Assembly (NCBI GenBank): GCA_946965045.2
Contig: OX337237.1
Location: 1,364,001-1,428,000, forward strand
Source of the DNA: Epithemia pelagica
Lineage: Eukaryota > Protista > Bacillariophyta
Direction of reading: 5' to 3'
Length of the DNA stretch: 64,000 nucleotides
The translations under genes were made by a program, and so were the position numbers. The notes under the pieces are model-generated. The model had not been told where the DNA came from, did not search any database, and saw only the letters and a list, made by a program, of their open reading frames with translations. Below, one piece after another: positions 19,958 to 30,393 of this stretch (its first letter is position 1; every line of letters starts with the position of its first letter).

Positions 19958-22900
19958 CTACGACGTTGGCACTTCACGGTCGGACTGAAGAATTTTCACG
20001 CGTCGGATCTTCTCCTCAAAGTGAGCATATTTCTCTGTAGCTGTGGTTTTCTCCTCAAGATGCTCATGCTTGTCTGTCGATTTGGAACGAGTGGCGACAG
20101 GCGTGACGAAATCTTGATCTTCTGCCTTTTTGGTGCGGACTCCTCCGTAGGTCTCGCTGACAAAGTTCATTTGATGCTTTTTGTGGCCCGTAACTGCCGC
20201 CAACATGAAATTGGACACTTGATATTGATGAATCAGATTGGCCAACTGGGGAGACCCACAAAACGCAAGAAGGGTATTCGAAGTGCGACTTTCGTCAATC
20301 ACTTCGAGCGTTTGATTCTCGATTATTTCATTAAACTCCGGCCTTGCAAAGTGGACAAATCCCTGTTGATAGAGCGACATTGTGGACAAATCAGAACGAA
20401 GTTGGTTCACTGAAAACTCCACTTTATCCGTACAGTAAATCGAGAATCGACAAACTTTGAGAGCGTCGTCAATTCCCCATTTCTCAACAACCGAATCCCA
20501 CAGTGCGTTGATATCTGGCATGATTTCTCCAATCAAAGAAGCTGAGCGCGCTACCCAAACCACTTCTAAACGCTTCATTCCTCTAGCTTGTTTCCATTGC
20601 GAGTGCTGGTGACAGACAACCCTGAACCAAAGGCGTGCAATCATGTAGCCCGTTAGAAGAGAAATCAACGCAATGTCGGCGCCATCGAGTACACCGTTTT
20701 TCTTGTACTTTTGAAACCAATGATAGTCCGACGGAATGGATATCAAGCATACTCCAAAGTCAATAAAAGAAAAGAAATTGTTTCCGTCCCAAATAAACAA
20801 GACGGGGATGGCAAAGCAGATCTGGAAAATGACAGTCAAGACCTTCAGACTTTCCCTCATTCCATCGTAGATCTCTATTGGGATGGTGTTCCATGAAATT
20901 GTCAAACAGAAAATGGCTGCACCAAGAGTGACAAAGAATACCAGAACTAGAACACCGTAAAGTGACTGTGTAGCGCGAGATGCTTCACGACGAAGGTTCC
21001 TTGAGTCGAATCTGTCCGGAGATACAGAGGTTTGGAGATTTCCCATACTCGAGCGTATACTGCGCTGCATCATGTCTGATTTGGTAATCCCCTCGACACC
21101 TGGATCTGTTTTCCTCCTCCAAAACGCTGTGAAACGCCTAGCAAACGAACCCTTTTGTCCGTCGCGAGCCACCTGGTAGTCCATCTCAAGTTTATTGTTT
21201 GTAGCAGTGGTTTTGAAGTATTCCGTTGGTGAAAGGCGAATGACGTTTCCGACGTGTTGCTTGAACATACTGAGAACGGGAACAATACCTGTGATTCGTA
21301 GCGAGAAAGTTAGAGAGAGAACAAACATTAAGCAGACAGATCATAGTGATTGTTCGTTACCTGTGCCAGCTCCTATTGCCAGTCCGTGCGAGAAATTTTC
21401 CGTTTTACCCAGGCTTGTTCCGCAGGGGCCCATCACTCCCATTTCAATGCGACTGTCATTGAACACATCGTTTTTCTCTTTCTTCAACAGGTCCCACAGC
21501 TTTCCCGTCCATGTGTCTTCGCCGAAGACCTCAATGTAGAATTCAAGGTACCGGGATGACGGATCTGATGCAATCGAGAAAGGGTGCCAATACGCGTCAA
21601 TTTTCGAGTATTTTAGGAAAGCGTACTGACCAGGCTTGAATTGAAACAGTACAGGCCTTCGAAGTTTTAACAACAGCATTCTTGACCCATCACTTCCACG
21701 GACTGCAGAAGCGGACATAACTCTCGACTTGTATGTTTGGTTGAGCCGCATTGCCATACGGTCACATATATACCTTTGAGACAACACTTGAGTGAGTCGT
21801 GCTGTGACCAATCAATCTCCCGTATGTCAAGTGAACTTACCAGAGTAATGTGGAGGAGAACCATTTAAATGTCTGGCTTCTGTTTCTTTCATTGTTCCGC
21901 TGAACGGAGTCAACGGTATGGATGATCGTGACCAAGTACATGAGGAAAACCTATGGGAAAAGTTGAACGGACACAAGGGTTAGATCTGAACAACAGGTAT
22001 TGTCGTGATTTGTTCCTATACGAGAAGGCTTACCAAGTGGTGAATTACTTTATAAACACACCATACAAGCCACAACCGGATAAGTGTTAGATCGTGAATA
22101 TGACAGAAGAAAAGAGCGCGTCAGGTGAGGTCAGACTTACCATAGAACACTTCATATGGAATTTTGTGTCGTAGGTATGAAGTACTCCCGATGATGATCA
22201 GGAACGAGATAATAAGGTACCCAGTAATCATGATTTCTTGGGTGAACTTGTCACAAAAGTCCTCTTCACCACCTGAGCATAAAATGCCAAAGAACATGAA
22301 GAAAAATATGGTCGCAACACAAACAACCGTGACCTGGGGGTTTTATACCTGTGAGCTCGGATATTCCGCTGTCACTGCAAAACTATGATAGACGCACTCA
22401 CCATCACGTATCCAAGATGTACATGCATTCGAACAGCTCGATTGAGCGGTACGAAATCATTGAGAACTGTTTCGGACAAAGCAGCAATGGAGTACCGTGA
22501 CATTGTCAGCGGTAGCAAAGCCATTTGAAAAAGAATTGCATGCATCCTGAACACAGGTAAAACACACTGGAGAGTCAGAAAATCGACCAAATCCGTACCA
22601 TGTCAAGAGAATCAATTGACCTACGTTCCGAATTCTAGTGACGGAGCAATGCGCTTCCACCAGTAGAAAGGCGCTCCCTCGCCAACTCCCGCCTTTTGCT
22701 CTTCAAACTTGATGAGGAAGAAGTGGAACCAGATTGTCATTGTTGCGACAAAGTGAAGCCAAAAGAAGACCAGGAGTTTCCGTTCCCCATACAGGTAAAT
22801 GATGAATCGGAACAACGGTCCAGGATTGATATAGCGACGGGCTGAAGCGAAAAGTGATTTGTTGTATTCAATGTTCTTGTTGTCGTGCCTGGTTCCATCA

Positions 22901-23097
22901 TTCTCACTGCTAAAAAAGTCCGTGTCCGATTCAGTGCCATCAGAATCGACACGAACCAAGTCAAAGCCCTCGGAACTGTCTTCGGGCCACCATCGTGCTT
23001 CTGGGATGTCTTTATCCATATCGTCTTTGGTTCCCTCGCGCCATTGAGGACTTGGAGGAAGACTACGCTTTTTTACGAACAATGATACCCAATCCAT
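19958..23097 (-). CDS. NADPH oxidase / ferric reductase-like flavocytochrome (respiratory burst oxidase homolog), 7 exons
   Basis: Inferred exons: 23097-22625, 22546-22402, 22333-22141, 22047-22034, 21950-21841, 21773-21361, 21288-19958 (all GT-AG introns, 67-93 nt). Spliced product contains RMHVHLG, YEVFYVIHHL...IIH (heme His), FKPGQY, WHPFSIAS (FAD), GPCG, IGAGTGIVP (NADPH) and LAFCGS. Confidence 0.9.
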
Positions 23098-23483
23098 GGA
23101 TCTGTTTCGCCGAAGCGAAGGAGTGATGAATCACTTTGACCGAGAAAGAAAAAGAGTGGCTGTTCAGTCCGGCATTCAGTTCCGGGCGATTTACGACTGC
23201 TTGTACGATCGAACCCACTCACACTTTTCTTTGTGAGGAAAGAGTAGCCCCCGTGCTTGAGCTCGTCCTTCAATGGCGAAGTATTGTACAAAAGAAGCTC
23301 CACGTCAGGTAGTGGGCAATAATAATGAGAAATCCTCGTGATTTGGCGACTGATATCAAGAATACATAGAGGCGTGAATGTCGTTCGGTGCGCGCGGCGG
23401 TGTTCCCTTAGTTATTGTATCTCTCATAATTTCTTTTGCTCTCGGCGCACAGAACATTGTGGGGCTAGCAAAGAGCTAAGTTA

Positions 23484-23974
23484 GGCCGTTCCTTGATATT
23501 CTGCAAAAACAAAAGTTGGAGGGTGACACGTCACAAAAAACCCGGAAATATGGCGTCAAATCCGGGTTCGACGCTGTTTCAGCTTTTGAGGCTGCAAAAG
23601 TTGGGTCCAACTTTTGCAGGCCGGCAAAAGCTGAACAGACATTAGGGATAGTGCTTTCTTTTTGCTAGTGTACATTGGGCCTACAGAAACAAAAATGACG
23701 GTTTAGGATTTTTTGAACGGCGCGCGTTCGACTCCAACGGTCCCCCTAACCTCAATGAAGAGGAAGACGGAACGTCCTCCTAATGTCTTACTTTGATAAT
23801 TGTAGTATTCAAATCATCAAAGTGAATATGGGGACTATTGGGGGCCTTGGGGGAAAAAGTGCGGTTATAGGTTTTGGTTTTGTAAATGCCAAAGGACGGC
23901 GTGTCGCGCAATTGTCTACAAAAAGGTGATGTCATGTGTCGATTTTTGTTTTTGCAGAATATCAAGGAACGGCC
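23484..23974. mobile_element. MITE of PIF/Harbinger (Tourist-like) type, 491 bp, non-coding
   Basis: Perfect 31-bp terminal inverted repeats GGCCGTTCCTTGATATTCTGCAAAAACAAAA (23484-23514 and 23944-23974), flanked by a TTA duplication (23481-23483, 23975-23977). No transposase ORF. Confidence 0.9.
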
Positions 23975-24172
23975 TTACTCCTACTCCCAACTCCTAAATG
24001 GAGTAGGAGTGTACTCCTATTATTATTTCTTGCATATGATGTAGACTTACTTCGATCTTTCCATGAGCATTTCACAGCGAGAGAGAAGATCTCAACGAGC
24101 AAGCAGGCAAAATGAGTTTTCTTGGAATACCAGTATACAGCTTAGAATTTAGAATATACTTAGGTCTGCCAA

Positions 24173-25919
24173 TTACAGGCGAACATCTTCCATTGGACCT
24201 GGTTCATACGGAGCACTGTCTTCCGAATAGGAAAACTCGTCTTCATGTTCTTCTTCCATGACATCCTCCAGCATGGACGCTGTCCAGTTGGGAGGAGACG
24301 GCGGTCTCCCAGCGGACAATGCTTCGTGCATGTTGTCCCATTCTTGTGGGGACATGCCTGGTTCATCTTGTTGATGATTGAGATTCCTTTGAAAGCTATC
24401 CCAGTTGGATGCTCCAACGGAAGAAGACTCGCTTCCTGAACTTGGCAGGGATTGCCGGTAAAGGCCACCTGGATGGGTATGATCTTGTGGTTGTTGGTTG
24501 TGGTGATCCTCGCCGGTAATGGATGATCCATGAGTCTCTCCCGCAAATGTTTCCCCCGCCACCGTCACATGACCATCCACCTCATCAATGAACTTGCCCA
24601 TGGACTCATGGTCTCCTCTTTGAGATCGACGTCGGATGAGGAGCCCGCCAACCAAAACGGCAAAAACACCTGCACCGACGGCTCCCGCCAGGATGCCGGT
24701 TTGGGTCGAATTACCGGTGGATTCTTGAGAATACTGTTCCTGGCTACCATCATTGCCCTCGGATGATTGCGATGCAGGCGAAGCGACAGGTGGCTCCGTT
24801 GGTGGAGAGGTCTCGGCAGAAAGAATGGGCTCGTCCACATAGCGAAAGATTACCTCTTTGGTAGACTTGAATGGATTGTCCCCGGTAATAAGCGTATTAG
24901 TTATCATTCCGATGTAGTCTGCCTTGTCAGTAGGGTTTGAAAAGGCAAATTTGACTGCTTCACGCATGTCGTCTTGATCTGGTAAAGGCACTGGAAAAAC
25001 CCTGTTTTTAAAGGTGACACTGGTATTGAAAATACGAGTGGTAGAGGTCCCACCGCGTTGAACCGTTGCTGAGCTATCAAAGACAAACATGTTTTGCTCA
25101 ACTCGAAAGTTGAAGGCGAAAAAGTCCGTCAGAAAGGTCTGTGTAACCGCTGTTAGTGCCGTAAAATCGTTGTCGACAGCTGACGCTGAACCACTATACT
25201 CGTATGTCAATGCATATTGCTCCGAATAAATCGTGGCGAAATACTCGGTTTCTGCGTCTTGAGGTGATGCTGTAACACAACGAAAACTGCCATGAGATTT
25301 TATGTATGACATGGGGATTGATTCTTACAACAAACAAACAAACAAACAAAACAAGCAACGTACAAGAGTTTCCTCCTGGTATCACAATCAAATCATCGTT
25401 TGGTGTATCCATCATGGTTGGAGATTCGGTGGTAGGAGCCGTTTGAGGAGCAATGGAGGCATAGGTGGGAGCTGGCATGCCCTTGCCTTTGGATCCTTTG
25501 CCTTTTCCCTTGGACCAATAGTCGTCCGATGACTTTTTCTTTCCTCCCTTCCCCTTGGAAGAATACGACCCCTTGCCTTTGGATTCATGTCCCTTGCTTC
25601 CTTTGCTCCCCTTACTTCCCTTGGCGACGGTCGGGGCGATCGGCACATGTATTGGTGGTGGTGTTGTGCCTTTTCCCTTGCCCTTTCCCTTGGTTGGCAT
25701 GCTGAGAGAAGGGTCATGGGTATGGAAATACTTTTGCATTTCTTTTTCATATTCCTCCAAGTCATACTTTTTGCCATTGGATTTGGGCTCTTTTCCATTG
25801 TATTTCGGATCCTTGTCCGAAGATCCATAATACGTGTAGCCTGCCTCCGAGGAACCAACACAAAAACTAGCCGCCGCAAGGGCCAACCAAACAAGGGATG
25901 GTCTGATCATCATCATCAT
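24173..25919 (-). CDS. Single-pass type I membrane protein with signal peptide and K/G/S/Y-rich N-terminus; candidate biosilica/silicalemma protein
   Basis: ATG 25919, signal peptide MMMMIRPSLVWLALAAASFCVGSSEA; KGSKGSKGSKG/KGKGKG tracts; P/T-rich linker; intron 25270-25363 (gtacgt...tacag, contains (AAAC)n); globular domain; TM GILAGAVGAGVFAVLVGGLLI followed by RRRS; acidic cytosolic tail. Confidence 0.75.
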
Positions 25920-26710
25920 TGCCGTTTTTCCGAAACAAATGTGTTCTTGTGATGTGAATGCCACAAATGAAATGTGTGGATTGCTCGTTGGTGTTTGTGA
26001 ACGAATAATATAAATACTCGGTTTGGAAATACTAGACTAATTCGGATCAGTTCACGTCTCTGCTCCGTTGTTTGGCTTTTTGGGACCCATTGCAGGAATG
26101 GGTTTCCGTGTGGAGTAGGGAATGACTCTTGAAAGCATGGTCCTTGGGGGTTTTAAAACGAATTGTGAGTTGAATGGCATTTTTTGGAAGCTAGTTGCAA
26201 TTCGTGGGAAGCAAATTGTGAGAATGAAAAATGTTGTGCCATACTCGATCCAACGCATGTCGCCGTCGAATCACGACCAGGTTTTGGTCTTGTTCTACCG
26301 GACATACGGACCGACTTTATAAGCGACTTATACGCGTTTCATCACGACCAGAGAGATCACTCCCAACCCTCTTTTAACCGTTTTACTACTACCCCACGTG
26401 AGACCCATTTTTCAACGCCAATAAGATTTATCATATCGAAAATGAATGATCGCTGGAGAGTGTTGGTAAAGAGTTGATGCGACGTTATTCCCTTGGATCT
26501 CTTGTGTGTTGTTTTATCTTCCGCTTGAAGAGAGAATTTTTCACAACAAGGAGTTCCTATTACGCCGGTGTCAAAGGAAGAGAGTAAGAGAGGTGAATTT
26601 TCTGTCATTCCAATCTTTACCGTTATAGCACTCTCAAGGGTTAAGGCAGGTGAAAGGTCGAGAAGGAAGTCAGGGTGTTTCTTGACGGTGAGCTTCCATT
26701 ATAATATTGT

Positions 26711-29620
26711 GTGGCAATCGTGATGGCGTATTTCAGTGGAGAATCGGGCGATGCCAACAACAACAACAAGCGCATGATTCGATATTCTCCTCATTACATC
26801 ACAGGTCTGGGTGATGGGAATGTCAAACAACTGAGGAATGCCCCTCCTCGAAAAGATGACGATGTGTACGATGCCTATCTTCGATATGGAGCCAAACACA
26901 CCACCAACAACAATAAGAATACCATCCATCACCGAGCCTCGCGAGCAACCACGAAACGAGACCGAACCCCCTTGTCTTCTTCGTCGTCATCGTGGAGTTC
27001 CTTTTTCTACAAATCACATGGTGTCGATATGGCTGCCGAATACGATCCAGTCGATGCAGCCGCACCCTGGCAGTTGTCGGCCTTTGCCTTGTTGGGAGCT
27101 GTTGTCTTGTTGAGTGCCTTATTTTTGCATGTGTTGGCCGATACGGCAGCCGAAAATGCCCATCGACACCAACAGCAACAACGATCACGACAACATCGTC
27201 GAACGACCAACAACAATACTACTCGAAAGGAAAAATTGAAGGATGACGATGACTCCCATTCCGAAAGCAACATGTGGGCCGGAAGCTATTTCCATGGAAC
27301 CAATTACGATGATTTTACCGACCGTCGATCGGATCATTCTCATCAAACAGTCACCACAGCCACAACATCCTCCACGGCACAACAACAACAACATCAGCAG
27401 CCACAACAACAGCAACCCTTGCAACAACCTCTGTCCTTGTATTATCCCTATCCACAAGGATCTCGGTTGCGTCGCGTTCCGGGTGCATCGACATCGTACT
27501 ACAACAACCATCGGGTCTATCAGTTGAATCCACCACCTCACTACAATAGTGTCATGGCCAGTCCGGGTCCGACACGACGAGTCGCGAGCCCCGTACCATC
27601 CACCACCACCACGACGTCTGCGGTATCCTCCTCGGCCATGGGCACTACGAGCCACCGAAGCAACACCACACGAGCCCCTTCTAGTAGTACTACTTCTACG
27701 ACGACCCGATTGTCGCCCACCAAGACGACTACGACCACCCACACGATTGGTATGGGAAAAACCTTGTCCTTGACTCCTCCTCCGGCATACAAGGCACCTC
27801 GTCGTCCAGCGAATTCGGTGGTGGGTCTTCACCCCAAGTCCGAGTTTCTTGAATTGGCGCCGTCGCTCCAGGATAGTAGTATGGATGATAGTAGTTCGGG
27901 TGACCCGAGGGGACGAGCTCGCCACACGAGCCGAAGTACGACTTCTCGTGTACGAGCAGGAGCGAGCAGTACCATGTTGCCGACAGTCACCTCGGCCGAA
28001 TCATTAGAACCCGAACAGGAAAGCGATTCGGAACAATCACCGCTGCACTTGGATGTGCAGATTCCTGGACGCAACAGCAACAGTAGTGACAGGAGTCGAC
28101 CGACCAAACTGGTGGAATCGTCATCCATGGAAGAAACACCACGACAAGTAAATGGACGGCATCGGGTGTCTTCACCCGTGGCCAATGCCATGCCACTCCT
28201 CCCCGTCCTGCGCAACAGTGGTGGCACTCGTCCGGAAAAGAAACTGGAACAACGCCCCCAGGAGTTGTCCTCCCAGACGACGACGACGACGACACCGCGA
28301 CCTCCCAGTTATCACGGACCGCCATCTCCCGTCGTCCTGGAAGATTTGCATGAAATTATGGAATCGGGCAACATTCCGCCTCACTGGCATTCGTCACGGT
28401 CGGTAGTTCCACCCTCACCGCCATCACCACCGGAAGCATCCCCGACGCCGTTGGAGGCCTTGGATCAAGACTTGTCGACATCGTCCTTCTGTGACGATAT
28501 ACCCATTAAAATCAATGACAATGATGTTTCCTCACATGGATCCCACGCTGCCAACGATCCTCGTTTCAATATCGACCATGTGCGCAACGATTTGACGCAT
28601 GGGACCAATTCGGCCGCCTCTCTTCAGGGTGCAATTGACTTTTCAGAACTCAAGTTGGAAGAAGTCATTGGTGGTGGTGGATTTGGACAAGTGTGGAAGG
28701 CCAAGTGGCGCAGTACACCCGTGGCAGTCAAAGTCTTGACCGGATCAGCGCAATCGCAAAAGGTTCCCCGTGCTGTACTGGAAGAATTTGCTGCCGAAAT
28801 CAACTTGCTACGAGGCATGCGTCATCCAAACATTTGCTTGTATATGGGTGCCTGCCTTCAACCACCAAATCGCGCCATTATCACCGAACTTGCCGCGAAT
28901 GGGTCTCTATGGGATGCCTTACGGTTACCATTGAATCCTCCCTACCGCGCCGTGGGACGACCAGATGGTTTGACCGACCAAGAAGCCTGGCCTCCCATTC
29001 TGTACCAACCGGACCCGAGGCATGGCATGCCACCGTCTGCTTCCACATCAAACTCTTCTCGAAGAATGACGACGACCGCAACGGCCTCTGTGGTCAAGAC
29101 CACCCCTTCGATTCCTGAAGGACAGTGGCCCTGGGCGTTGGTCAAGCGCGTGGCCTGCGGAACCGCCCGTGGCATGGCCTACTTGCACAGTGGAGTGCCT
29201 CCTGTCTTGCATCGTGATCTCAAGAGTGCCAATATATTACTGGATGAGAGTTATACACCCAAGGTATGTGATTTTGGTCTCAGTCGACTCCAAGCATCCA
29301 CCAATTCCAGTATGACAGGCAATTGTGGGACGGTTCAATGGATGGCCCCCGAAGTTTTGGCCAACCAAAAATACAATGAAAAAGCCGATGTGTTTTCGTA
29401 TGGCATAATCTTGTGGGAACTCTTGACGCGTGCCTGTCCCTACGAAGGCATGGGGGCCGTCCAGTGCGCTTTGGCCGTCCTCAATCGAGATCATCGTCCA
29501 GTCATTCCACATTGGTGTCCACCCTTTTTGCAAGCTCTGATACGAGCTTGTTGGAAGACCGATCCGCAAGATCGACCCACGTTTGCACAAATATTAGCCG
29601 CGTTGGAAGCCATGTCGTGA
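26711..29620 (+). CDS. TKL/Raf-like Ser/Thr protein kinase with N-terminal TM helix and long low-complexity linker
   Basis: IGGGGFGQVW, PVAVKVL, HPNICLYMG, LHRDLKSANILL, KVCDFGLS, GTVQWMAPE, KADVFSYGIILWE, DRPTF. Hydrophobic helix AFALLGAVVLLSALFLHVLA. True start may be downstream (MAAEYDP). Confidence 0.9.
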   Translation: MAIVMAYFSGESGDANNNNKRMIRYSPHYITGLGDGNVKQLRNAPPRKDDDVYDAYLRYGAKHTTNNNKNTIHHRASRATTKRDRTPLSSSSSSWSSFFYKSHGVDMAAEYDPVDAAAPWQLSAFALLGAVVLLSALFLHVLADTAAENAHRHQQQQRSRQHRRTTNNNTTRKEKLKDDDDSHSESNMWAGSYFHGTNYDDFTDRRSDHSHQTVTTATTSSTAQQQQHQQPQQQQPLQQPLSLYYPYPQGSRLRRVPGASTSYYNNHRVYQLNPPPHYNSVMASPGPTRRVASPVPSTTTTTSAVSSSAMGTTSHRSNTTRAPSSSTTSTTTRLSPTKTTTTTHTIGMGKTLSLTPPPAYKAPRRPANSVVGLHPKSEFLELAPSLQDSSMDDSSSGDPRGRARHTSRSTTSRVRAGASSTMLPTVTSAESLEPEQESDSEQSPLHLDVQIPGRNSNSSDRSRPTKLVESSSMEETPRQVNGRHRVSSPVANAMPLLPVLRNSGGTRPEKKLEQRPQELSSQTTTTTTPRPPSYHGPPSPVVLEDLHEIMESGNIPPHWHSSRSVVPPSPPSPPEASPTPLEALDQDLSTSSFCDDIPIKINDNDVSSHGSHAANDPRFNIDHVRNDLTHGTNSAASLQGAIDFSELKLEEVIGGGGFGQVWKAKWRSTPVAVKVLTGSAQSQKVPRAVLEEFAAEINLLRGMRHPNICLYMGACLQPPNRAIITELAANGSLWDALRLPLNPPYRAVGRPDGLTDQEAWPPILYQPDPRHGMPPSASTSNSSRRMTTTATASVVKTTPSIPEGQWPWALVKRVACGTARGMAYLHSGVPPVLHRDLKSANILLDESYTPKVCDFGLSRLQASTNSSMTGNCGTVQWMAPEVLANQKYNEKADVFSYGIILWELLTRACPYEGMGAVQCALAVLNRDHRPVIPHWCPPFLQALIRACWKTDPQDRPTFAQILAALEAMS

Positions 29621-29937
29621 GAAAGGATCAAAGTGGATCTGTATCTTTGCGTGAATGCTTTCTTTTTTCTGTGTTTGTTCGTTTCACTTTCTTTCTGAAT
29701 TGGATGAACAGCTCATCCTCCTCATGGCGAAGAAACAGAGGAAGAACACGTGGATCCTGACTCTTATCAAGAAACAGCCCATCTGGATTATTATTCTCCG
29801 GCATGGAGCTTTGGCAGAACAGACTTTGGATTAGAGCACAGCACGAAAAAGGCAATAGGAGTACCTACTTCAAATGGGGCAAGCCTATTCCCAGGTCCGT
29901 TAAGCTAGGTACGGGGCTATGGTCCCAATTACCACTA

Positions 29938-29977
29938 GACGTATTCCAGTCACGTTCGGTTTACGTTTGGTCGCGCA
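29938..29977 (+). repeat. Direct repeat, left copy, flanking the trypsin-like gene
   Basis: GACGTATTCCAGTCACGTTCG (29938-29958) and GTTTGGTCGCGCA (29965-29977) recur exactly at 31560-31580 and 31606-31618. Confidence 0.85.
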
Positions 29978-30393
29978 TTATTTACTCCCCAGCGTGCGGT
30001 AATTTAGTCGCGAGTGAGTCATGTATATTGGATGGAACGCACCCAGTAACTGCGACCCAACTCACCCCAACTTGGGAGTAGCGCATTTTTCGTTCCATGT
30101 TCTGCGTCACAGGACTTATTGAGCTGACCACCAAGAACTTGGAAGAAAACATCAACAAAAGCGATGAAGCTCTCTGTCTCCAAATCCTAGATGTGAAGTA
30201 CAAGAACTGGTGCCAAAAGGAGGAGGGGGCAGGCACCTGGGCAGCAGCAGGAGTCCAACAACGCCCCCACAGCCAACGACAAGAAGAAGGAGAGTACCAA
30301 CCTGGTGGATAGACAGGATAGACAGGACATCTTAGTTTTTCGATTGTAACAATCACGTCCGTCCCTCTCTTTTCCTCCCAGAGTCAGCGATAT

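Noticed and set aside
23073-23303. Upstream ORF as an extra N-terminal exon of the NADPH oxidase
   Set aside because: It is out of frame with MDWVS. The plausible gtgagt...aag intron yields an immediate TGA, so it is more likely 5' UTR.
23726-23735. GTTCGACTCC tRNA T-loop/B-box-like word inside the MITE
   Set aside because: No T-stem pairing or cloverleaf around it. No tRNA gene was found in the window.
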